DNA of 64,000 nucleotides from Raillietiella orientalis (taxonomy: Eukaryota): contig JAYWIR010000015.1 in NCBI GenBank assembly GCA_036172245.1, positions 1,612,001-1,676,000 of the forward strand. The letters are read 5' to 3'. Shown one piece after another: positions 1 through 10,900 of this stretch; position 1 is the stretch's first letter, and each line of letters starts with the position of its first letter. Position numbers and translations under genes: made by a program. Below the pieces are notes generated by a model, which saw only the letters and a list, made by a program, of their open reading frames with translations, did not search any database and was not told the origin of the DNA.

Positions 1-1339
1 AAAAAAAAAAACTAACTTTGCCATCCGAACTAACAAACCGTATTTAAATGGAGAAAACCGAATTCTGCATCGGTACGAAAAAGCACCAATGCGTTATGAC
101 TGGAGTGACCGCAAACTCTTTCGGACAACTCCGTCGTATCTGAATTTCACTGGGAACCTACGATAACAGACAAAGCTTACTCCTCCCCCCCCCCCCCCCA
201 AAAAAAAAAAACAAAGGAAAAAAAAAGGATAATTGTCCTCGATGCATCGGACTCTCCTTACTTGACAGCCCTGCGTGAACCGAAGCAAAGCATCGCAATC
301 CGCGCGCCAGTGCTACCATCCTCATGAAGTAGAGAACATGCTTAGAAGCTATCAAAAGGTACCTGGAAACATACTCTGCGTAAAGTTGGCGAAGAGTTTC
401 TGCGGCGGAATGGTTTTCTCTGTTGTTGTGCGTGGAAATCGGATCGCAAAGTGCACTTCCTCCGGGGACCACTTGTCTTGTCACGGTCACCATTTTCGGC
501 TAAGCATGCTGATTTGTTTTTGTTTTTGTTTTTTTGTTTTTTTTTTTTTTCCCATGCAGCCGCGGCTGATCCACTCCTCAGTGTTGCCACGCCTGACGAA
601 ATTTCGGCACTGTCGATTCGGACGTTGCGCTTGATGCGCATGTTGCATCGGTTTGGGGATGACCACCGTGTATCACGAGGCGTCGCGACCAGCATTGGGG
701 GATATGGAAACGAGACAGCAACCCGCTCCAGACGAGACGCTTCTCCGCACGCGAGAGAGGAAGCTTTATCTCCGCAACCCGAAAGGTGTGGGACGTGGGC
801 AAAAGCAGGACCGCGTTGAGCGCAGATTCCCACGAGAGGAGAATCGAGCGTCCTTCGCGTCTCTCTCCTATTTCTGAAGCCCCGCCGAAGCGCGCCAGCC
901 CGGCCAGTCGATCCGCCTGTCGAGTTGACGGACGTTGCTCAAGCAGCCTCCCCTTGGCGCCGGAATAACTCCCTCCTTTTCGGGACGCTAAAACCTGCAC
1001 CGTATCTCGTGGGAAGAGTTGCACCACGTAGTGGCAGCAGCTGAACCAAATCATTTCGTGATGGCGCTACTTGCACTGATGAGTCGTTGTCCTTGCTCAG
1101 GGGGAAAAAAAAAAAAAAGGATTTCTTCTCCCAAAGACATCACGTAAGATGGGGGCTCCTTCTGCTTTTCCCGGGGATTTGCCCAACATGACACCCACCA
1201 ACATCTTAACACCACACCGAACAGGATACCTCCCTAAGACGACCTGAGTCTGTGTCCAAAGCTCTCATCTGAAGCGCAGTATGCAAGGATCCAGAGTAGC
1301 AAACCTTCCTCGACTACATCTTGCCTTTGTTTCCTCCAG

Positions 1340-2963
1340 GAGAACCTGATCTCGGAGAAAATTGGTCCTTTGTCTTCCATGGCGCTGCCTTCTCCTAATG
1401 GCAGTGAGATCAGCGATCCGGACTCTGGAATCCAAGCCGACGTCCAGAAGAGCGGGAACCCGGAATTACCTCAGCACAAACTCCTTCGCCGCAACCTAGA
1501 AGAGTCCGTGCTCTGCTCCAGCCAGGACCAGGAGGAAGAGAGCTTCGAATCCTTTGGCAGTCTCGGTCCAGCCTCTCTTCCCCCTGCGGTCAACTCCTCC
1601 TTGTCATCCCGCCATTCCTGGATGCGCAGTAGTCTCCGCAAGTCGCCCAAGTAAGTGCTGACCTCTTCAACTCACCCTCCGCTCTCCTTTCCGCTATGCA
1701 CTACAGGAGCAAGGCACCGCCGCCAACCAGGTAGGTCCGTCGGGAGGGGAGTGGGCCGATCGAGGTTCTACAGGAGCGGGGCAGTGATCTGTACGCCGCC
1801 GGAGCATACTCGGGGCGCAGCAGCACCGGAGAGGTGGACGAGAGCTACTCGGACGGCTCCATAGAGGATGTGCAAGCGTTAACCGAAAAGGTGAGAGAAT
1901 GCCCGGCTGGCTATCCTGCCGTAATTAGCATGGATATTCACCACCTCAGGTGTCTCACCTACAGCAGCGCATGGACATGGTAGCCACTCAACAGCAGCGC
2001 TCTGAAGACAGGTACTGCCGCGCGAAGCAGGAGAACTCGGCCCTTGCTACGCGCGTGCAGATGCTGGAGGAGCAGCTGAAGGAAGTGGAAGCGCGCGCCC
2101 GGACCCGTATCGAGGAAGAGCAGCGCAGAGGGCGCGAGCTCCTTGCGCGCGCAGAGCGCGACCGGCAGCAGGAAGTCGAGGGATACTCGTCGCGGTGAGT
2201 GGCGACCCATCTCCTACTCCCATCCCCCTTCCCTCCCCTTCCTCCTCCTCTTCCTGCTACTTTTTGCTCTTCCGTCTATCTCCATGCTGGACGGGATTAC
2301 TCCCCCTTCCCCCCCTCTCCCTTCCAGGCTGCAGGTGGCGGAGAGCAAGCGAGCCTCTTTGCAAGATGAAGCTCTGCAGCTGCGCGCCAGCGCGGATAGG
2401 CTGCGCATCGAGAGGGATGCCCTGATGGAGAAGTTCTCCCAGAACGAGACCCGCCTGGCGAGGATGCAGGAAGAGCTGGACGCCTCACAGACGCTGGTGC
2501 GCCGCGAACGCGAAGAGCACCTGCGAGAGCGCTCGGCCAACTCCCGTCTCCTGGAGGAGATGAGGCGGGAGATCCAGGTTTGTCGTCAGCCGTCTGTTCA
2601 CCACTGGGAGGAAGAGGTGCAGCGCCTGAGAATAGAAAACAAAGGTGATAAAAACTCCCTTCCCCTTCTCCCCCCACCCTGCCCCCCCATCTTGGGAACT
2701 CATTCCGCGCGTATCGTTCAGCCCTGAGGGATGCCTGCGAGGAGCTGCGCGCCGAACTTCTGAACAACAACGTTGGCACCGGTGGTGGCTCCGCGGACAG
2801 CTTGGCCGCGGAGATGGACGCCATGTCTCGAGAAGAGGCTCAGAGAGCGCTCTGCGACCAGCTGGAAGTCAACAGGCAGCTCCGCACATACATCGACTCC
2901 ATGCTCCTAAACATCGTGGAACGTTGCCCCCAGCTGCTGGAAATCGGGAACGAGGGAGAGTGA
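1340..2963 (+). CDS. nuf: Rab11 family-interacting protein 3/4 (nuclear fallout-like), multi-exon, 5' part uncertain
   Basis: Exons about 1340-1650, 1707-1730 (micro-exon), 1785-1890, 1950-2194, 2328-2644, 2722-2963 with GT-AG introns. A long coiled coil (VSHLQQRMDMV...KQENSALATRVQMLEEQL) ends in the FIP Rab11-binding motif SLAAEM...LRTYIDSMLLNIVERCPQLLEI. Stop TGA at 2961-2963. Upstream exons not resolved (candidate 269-358). Confidence 0.85.
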
Positions 2964-5900
2964 AGGCCTCCGGCCCGCTCAAACAGGCTGTGATTTGCCA
3001 GGATCAACGAGAAAGTGGAACAAGAAACTCGTTGTTTTTCTTCTGGAGTTTCCGTCTCCTGCCGCAAGGAGGTACGCGTCCCCTTGCTCCCGCCACACCG
3101 ACACAGCGGGTCGCTCGCCTGTTTCGTTATCCTTTTCCTTCTCCTCCCCCTTCCTGCCTTCCTTCCCTTCTTTCCTTCCACCTCCTTTCGCCATATCCTC
3201 TTGCCTTCAAAAGGGGGAGGAGGGGGGGTGCACAATCTCCGAATCGATCCCGTGCCGGATTCGATAAAGCAGTCGTTGCCTGGCTGCAATCGGAAGCTCC
3301 GGAAGAAGCGCCTTCTGGGAAGAGGTTCCCTTTTCTGCTCGCGCGCCGAACATCTCTTAGTTGTGGTGGTGGTTGCGCTTCGGAGGCAGCTCTTCAGAAG
3401 CAGGTGGCACACGCCAAACGAAAAGTACTTTGCTCCACTGCTCTTTGCAGCACAGGCAACACTCTTCATCACTGGGACACGATCAGCTGGCCCACCACCG
3501 TGGAGGCATTTAAGGATGGCATTGAATGGGAGGCATTTGAAGGTGGGAGGATGTGTGCCGCGTTCCCTGGCATCGGGCAGCCTGAAGAGTGCCGCTTTTC
3601 AGGGTCCAAGGAAGATTGGGGGCGATTGGAAAGGAAGGAGAGTGTGAGAGAACTTAATGTGCGCTGCCTTAGCTCACTTGTGAAACCGGCCTGCCATTGC
3701 TTTCACTTATTTATAGCCAGTGATGACGGATTCAAGGATATTCAGACCTTCGAAGACGGATGCTGCGTTCGACATCATCGTTTTTGTTACATTCGTGTCC
3801 GTTTTTCTTTAGATCTCATCTTTTCCGGAGCCGATCCCCGCTGTTTCGACAGGGGCAGTACATGCCAGATGTCCTGGGATACTGCTTCCTTTTTTCTGGT
3901 CGCCATCCGACCAAAACTGGTCTGAGACACGCCTCCCGACTAATTGTAGAATGGTGGAAAACTTGGAAGGTTCGTTACCGAATACGCGTGCCTGACAACG
4001 TCCACGACGACGATCGTGTTGGATCTCACTCCTGAACACTGCTTGGAGTTTCCATTGCGTGCACCTCCTCCCCCCTCATGCAGTGCAATTCTGTCTGAAA
4101 AACGGTGCCGAAGAGAGAGAGAGAGAGAGAAATAATCACTTTGTGGAGTGCCCCTTCAAGAGTACAACTCGCAAAATGATTATGTTTTGGTTGACGCGAG
4201 GGAAATTGGAGGGAATTTCTCACATATCGCTGCATATTCTGCAATGCCCATTTTTGCAACCCAATCTCAGCTTCTGGGTTTTTTTTTGCTGGAGGCATTT
4301 TCAGTTGCTTCTCTTCCATGCTCATTTGTTCCTTAGGTAAGCATACTGTTGTCACAGGAGACTCCCATAGATGGCAGCGCACTGTCTCGCTCCATCTCAA
4401 GTATGGATCCCCCTTGTCATAGGAAACCCCGATAGATGGCACTACATGCATGTGGAAAATCGAGGTCGGTAGACCAAAGAGAAAGCCGACTTTTTACTTC
4501 ATGGAACAGGGGAATGGAGTAAACTATAAACTGAAGAATGGGTTTGAATCACAGCATACAAGCACTAGACGCGGTTCAGTTTCTAGTGCTTAACAGCAAC
4601 ACAACAGCCCACTCGTACGTAAAAAAATAAAGGCTCCTACATCATAAGTTGAACAGCTAGTAAGAAAATCTTTGGCGTGCCCAACATGCAAGCTGAGGAC
4701 ATCTTCGATGCCACTTATAAAATAACCGCAGCCTCCGAAACTGTTAAGCCCTGCTTAAGAGAGAAGCTATAGTAATGTAGCTTCCCATTTCCCGATCAAA
4801 GAATCCAGTGGACTGGATTATTCGCGGATCAACATCGGAAATCCTACTTAAAGGCTACAGCGGTTATGAGTGTGAGATGCAAAGTCTGTATAGATCTTCA
4901 CAACTTCCCAAAACTTAGGCGCTGGACTGAACGTTAGAACGGATCCGCTGACTCACTCTTTTCACCCGCTACTTTGGGAGGATGCTGCTTCCAGGATTGA
5001 TGTTGCACATTTCTGAAATCAGCTTTTCACGTCCTCGGCTATGTTCTTTCTGGGCTGAAGAGAGCAATTTGGCTTGCTAGCGTCGCTTAATAATCGCAAA
5101 CTCAATCTTTAGTAGCTGGGGCAGTCAACCATTTCTTGTGCTGACCGTCTGCTTCCACTATCGATGAGTGCAAGAAACGCGAACGCAAACCCTAAACCGC
5201 TGTTCTATATGAGGCAGGTGAGAAGACGTGCTGCAGCCTGCCACTCATGAACGATGATTGATGTTCGATCTAGGAATGGGAAGACTCTTAAGGGGATGTA
5301 TGTGTGGGCCCTGGCACACCTCAGAAGACTTTTGCGAACAAGGGATAATGTAATTACCTGTGCTAGGTGACAGCGGAAAACCCTCGAAAAGGATGGCCAC
5401 AAAGGGGGGAAATGTGCGTGTGAACGAAAACGTCCCTACATCTGCATAAGTGCCAGAACCAGGATTCTTCTCAGGTGACTCCTCCATCAAGGTGTCATAC
5501 GAATTCACCTCTCGAAGTGCCTGGAAAGCACGGAATTGGCGAAAGCGAAGGGATGAACACCGTTTGGCATGGTGACGCTAAAGTTGGTGCCGAACAGTGC
5601 CACGCAAACTCTAAGATGCAACGGAACTGCTTCGAACAAGTCCTTCGAGCATCACCGCATAATGATTCCAAAAAAAGCAACGAAATGTCTCTATTAGTCT
5701 TCGCACGAACCATTTCCACGAGAAAGGTCTACACCACGCCTCCTGGTTTACGCACACCAGTCCTTGTCTCGTGTTCGGCATGATGATGACTGCTAAGATC
5801 CCTACAATCCGTCCAGAGAAAACATTTGGTTATTGTCTCAGCTAGACACCATGGTGTTTGCACCATCTCGGTATGCAAGAGAAATCTTATTTTAATCGAC

Positions 5901-6607
5901 CTAGTTTTCCGTGGCTGAAAATGCGTTCCCGGCGACAGAACATTTGCCAACCCCGTCGAAGGAGTGGTTTCTGTCATTGCGAAGAATTACGAGCATACTC
6001 TTTTGAGCTGGCTAAGGGGCATAGATGTTTTGTCATCACCCTGGTCTTTTCCTCTCGCCCTTGTTCTTACTGGAGGGCGTGAAACGAGAGAACCGGCGCT
6101 TCATGCTGTTGTTACGGCCGCGGTTCACTCCGCACTTGTGCCGGTGGATTCGAGTTCAGGCTCTCGCGTTTCGGTGCATTTGCCATGAGCTATACTCTGC
6201 GAATCTCCCAAAGGACTTGTTCCCACTGGGCCAATCCTGCGTTCCCAGGCAATCAGCAACGACTGTGCCTTTTCCGCGCTCTTCAGCGTCGGATAGGTCG
6301 GCTGCATCCCACGATCCGTTGAGAGGATCACGGAGGTCACTGTCGTCGAGGGTCGTTCCTTCCCTTTTGAAGGCGAGAGGAACCCTCTCGTGTCCGGAAT
6401 ATTGGACGAATCCGGCCGAAGGAAAACGCTGCGCTCTCCACATCCATTCTCTGACTTCTCCCAGGGCAGTTCAGAGGAAGAAACTGAAACTTCGCAGCTT
6501 TTGGAGGTCGAAAAGACCCCATGGGATTCCCATACGGCACAGAGTGTAAGACAGCTTAAGAAAATACCGCTGGGACCAAAGGCTTCGGAGACCGCGTCGC
6601 CCGCCGA

Positions 6608-7303
6608 CGTTGCCTCGGAAACCCGCGCGGAGAAGATGCAGAGGCGCGCGAGCGCAGCCCCCGGAACAGGCGAGGGAGCGCGTCGTCTCCTCCTCGTGCG
6701 CCACTCCCGCGCTCGGAAAAACGAACACGCCCGCACTGCACAGGCAGCAGCCCGCTGCTGTTGTGCGCAGCGCACACCGCGAGGTGCCGGTTCCCGGAAG
6801 AAGCGTCCCGATGGGGGAGCAGACCTCCGCCTGCGGCGTCAACACCGCCACGAGCAGTCTGGGTAGGGTGGGCGTGTGCAAGCCGGAGGCAGCCTTATCT
6901 ACCCCGTGCAGACCGCCCGGCCGCCGCGGCTGCGAATCCAAGCCCTTCCCTCCCTCCCCCCTCCTCCTCCTCCTAGGCGGCCATGCGCGCCCCAAGAGAG
7001 GATGACGCAATGTTCCCGTCAGCCTCCCAGGGGAGAATGTCCTGCTCCAGACCACGCGTCCGACGGGAACCCGATCCCCTTCCCCACCCCCGCACGTGCA
7101 GGGGCATGGAAGCCATCCCGACGGTGCCGAGGGGACGCTCCGCTTTCGTGAGTTCGCTCCTCCGCCCCTTCTCCCCCTCCTTCCTCCGCGCTTCCGAGCC
7201 TCTCCCGACGGGATGCGCTCGCGTCGCTCCCTTGCCGGCCATGCGCTTGGGACGAGGACGGCGGCTGCGTCTCGGTGCCCGCAGAGTCTGTCGGCCGCGG
7301 GCG
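6608..7303. repeat. GC-rich dispersed direct repeat, copy A (downstream of the DMGDH stop)
   Basis: Aligns by eye with 9234-9986 (shared gtcaacaccgccacgagcagtctgggtagggtg and gaatgtcctgctccagaccacgcgtccgacgggaacccgatcccc), with substitutions and indels. Confidence 0.9.
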
Positions 7304-7981
7304 ACGCCACGCCCGCACCCTTTGCTCAGCGGGACCCCCCTCCCTCGCTCGTGCGCCAGCTGCCCTCGCAGCGACCGCGCGTGGGACTTCGCCCTGACGC
7401 GTCAGCTGCGGGCGCGCCGTCTCCCTGCGCTTTTCGGGGTCCCCGTAGGATGAGAAGGCAAGAAAGGGGAACAGTAGGGGGGCAGGGCGCATCGCGTCGA
7501 TGCATCTCCTCAGCCTCTCTCCAGAGGTAACGAACGCGCTCGAGCGGGGCGCTGAAAGCTCCGAGGAACTGCGCCCCCTCCGGTTCGGACATCCACCTCC
7601 TCCCCGCTTTCCCGCCAACGAACCGGAGGAGTGGTCCTCCCACCTTTCCCCTCTCCCCCCACTTCCTTCTTGCAGCGCCTCGCGGAGATAAGGTCGCATA
7701 CCAGAAAGGGCTCTCCGAGTCATTCCCGTCCTCGGCACTGCCGGTCGCCAAGCCCATCGAATGCTGGTTGCCCCTCCCCCACGCACACTTCCAGGAGGGC
7801 TTCCACCGCTCACCCTCGCTGCGGAGGGGGTTGGCTCTACCCTGTTTTTCTTCCTTCCTTCCTTTCTTTTTCTTCCATCGCGGCTGGAGAGGAGGAGGAA
7901 GGCAGTAGGGAACGCGGCTGCTATCTCTGCGTGCCCCTGGCACCTCGTCCCGTTCTTCCTTCCGCACGCCCCAGGGTCTTC

Positions 7982-10900
7982 TCAGGGATGGAGAACCTCA
8001 AGACTGAACCTCCCCGACGTGGTCACCTCCGCCTCGAGTAACTCTCCCAGCAGCTCCACCTGGAGGGAGGGCGTATGGTGGATGGGAACAGCCGATGCGG
8101 CGGCCCACACCCACCTTGACCACGGTGCCGCCCTTCGCCAGGAAGGCCGGCAGGTACGCGAACGCCAGCGGCGTCCCGAGAGACGGGCTGTGGCAAGCAG
8201 AGGTCACGTGCCCGACGATCTGAAACAAGGCTGGCGGCTGCAGTGGACCCACTCCCTCCTCTCGTTCACCCTACCTGGTCCTCGCACCACACACACTCGT
8301 CGCCAGTAGGGCTGACCGGACTGCGGACGGTCAGGAGCACCAGCTCGCTGCCCGGAGGCGACTCCTCGCTCGCGATCCTGCAGAGCTCGCTCTTCCCGAC
8401 GAAAAACTGGGGCATTCTCCCCCTACCGCATCCGGAACGAAGGGTCCACTCACCTTGCTTAGGTCCACGGACCCCATCAAGCCCGCGGCGACCGGCGAAA
8501 TGTCCAGGCTGACCTCGTTTCCGACGGCCACGACGCCCGCTTCGATGCGCAGAGCGTCGATCGCCCTTTGACCCAGGTTGCGGATCCCTACGCGCGTGCG
8601 TCGCCAACTCCGCACCCCCTTCTTCTTACCGAAGGGCAACCCTTCCCGGAAAATCCTCCGGTGCAGGAAGAGGACGCTCCCCCTGCGGCAGTACAGGTTC
8701 CACCCCCGGAGGCCCAGGCGCGACCTTAGGAGGAAGACCTCGCCGGCCTCAGGCCCGAGGTCCACCTGAAAATGGAGCGCGGGGTGGGGAGTACCGCAGT
8801 GCCTCCAGGAGCCGCCGCTCGGGCCCTCGACCTTTTCAGGGGATCAGGGAGAGAGGCGTCACTTCTGACGCAGCTCCCTGCCGAAAGTCCGTCGCGGAAG
8901 CGCGCGAGAAAGTAGGGGGCCGATGCCGCATACCTTCACGAAGGTCGACTCAGGGCCGGGCAGGTCCACGCCCAGAGCCCTCGACAGCAGGCCCTCGGAG
9001 TGTGGGCCTAGCACCGCGAGTCCCCCGAAGGTGTCCGTCACATTCTCCACGTCAACGGCAAGGCCCAGCAGCCGGGACTGCAGCTGCAGCCACCTTGTGG
9101 GGGAGGAAGGCCGGCTTATATCCTCGCGATGACCTGGTCATCAGGAGCGGCTCCCCGCCGCCTCCGGCCCACACCGCACGGGCGCCTGGCGGCGTCTCGC
9201 CAGAGTTCCCCTGCCCCACCCCAGCTGGGGCTGCGTTGCCTTTGGAGACCCGCGCCGGAGATGCGGAGGCACGCAAGAGCGGTCCCTGGAACGGGTGGGG
9301 AGACGCGTCGTCTTCTCCTCGTGCGCCACTCCTGCGCGCGGAAAAGCGTACACGCCCACCAGAAAAAGTGCAAGCGCGCGCACTGTGCAGACAGCAGTCC
9401 ACTGCTTCTGTGCGCAGCGCACGCCGCGGGGAGGACCTCCGGATCGTCCACTACCGAACGCCGCGAGGTGTCGGTTCCCGGAATAAGAAGCGTCCCGACG
9501 GGGGAGCAGACCTCCGCCCGCGAGGTCAACACCGCCACGAGCAGTCTGGGTAGGGTGCGCGTGCGCAAGCCGGCGGCAGCCTTATCTACCCCGTGCAGAC
9601 TGCCCGGCCGCCGCGGCTGCGAATCCAAGCCCTTCCCTCCCCCCTCCTCCTCCTCCTAGGCGGCCATGCGCGCCCCAAGAGAGGATGATGCAATGTTCCC
9701 GTCAGCCTCCCAGGGTAGAATGTCCTGCTCCAGACCACGCGTCCGACGGGAACCCGATCCCCTTCCCCACTTGCACGTGCAGGGGCGTGGAAGCCATCCC
9801 GATGGTGTCGAGGGGATGCTCCGCTTTCGTGGGTTCGCTCCTCCGCTCCTTCTCCCCCCCTCCTTCTTCCGCGCTTCAGGGCCTTTCCTGATGGGATGAG
9901 CGCGCGTCGCTGCCTCGCTGGCCATGCGCTTGGGACGAGGACGGCGGCTGCGTCTGGGCGCCCGCAGAGTCCGTCGGCCGCGGGCGCCACTACCCTCCCT
10001 CCCTCTCTCTCGCCGCGTGCGCTGCCGAGGCACCCGCGACCAGTGTACGGTTCGGCGGCCAGAGGGCGAACCTCCTGCGAATCCCGTCTCCTGGCAACGG
10101 TGACGGCTCTGTTCGAGGGGGTCGCCGCGCCACCGGAGCCGACCAGAGTCTTCCGACACTGGGCGCGCGCGGAGGCGCCCAACCTTTCGCGGAGAACAGT
10201 CGAACGCACCGTTCCCGTTCCCGGGTGCAGCGCGCACTCCCTGCGGAAAAGTCCGGCAGCGATCGGGCCCTTCTTCTCCCTCCTGGAAGGACTGGTCGTC
10301 AGGTCCCCGTGAGAGGTGGGCGCGGGCGCGGACGCCATCTCTTCCCGCCCCTCCGCCCGCGGAGAAGGGTCGAAGGGCTCACCTGAGGTCCTGCAGCTCA
10401 GTGTCTCTGGGAGCGGTTACGAAGAAGCTGCTGTCCGAGATCCGGGCCACGGTGAGGATGCTGTGAACTTTGGCCTTGGACGTGAGGCACATGACGGTGT
10501 TGGCGCCGTTGCGGCGCGAAGGTATGCTGCCGGACGCGAGGGCGTCCAGGAAGGGGGCACAGCTGGCGCCCGACACGAGGAACTTCCCGTCGGAGGAGAC
10601 GTCTGCCACAGCGACCGCGATCTGAGCTGCTGCGCACTCCGCGAGGACCGCGGGCTGCCAGTGCTGCCTGGGGGCCACAGAGACGTGCGTATACGGCTGC
10701 TGCCGTTCCTGCTGCCGCGAGGGGTCCGAGGCGGGGAATCGAGGACAGCGCAGAGGAGAACCCGAGGAAGGGGCGCCCCGGGAGGAGGGGTCTCCGGGGG
10801 CTTCTGAGAACAGCTCTGTCTCCCGAGCGCCAGCGGGCGAGCTGCGCGAGCGCGCCACTCCCCTCCGGCTCCGCCAAGCCGAAGGGCGCCCGCGGCTGCT

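Noticed and set aside
1074..1105. CTGATGAG hammerhead-ribozyme-like core (also near 38588)
   Set aside because: No GAAA directly after stem II and no stems I/III.
2645..3925. 426-aa + ORF overlapping the end of the nuf-like gene
   Set aside because: It starts in an intron, runs out of frame over the last exon and 3' UTR, and has no recognisable domain; likely a chance ORF.
4440..6100. Possible decayed element or gene downstream of the nuf-like gene, including a 9-bp hairpin at 4561-4590
   Set aside because: All frames are interrupted, with no diagnostic motif or termini.
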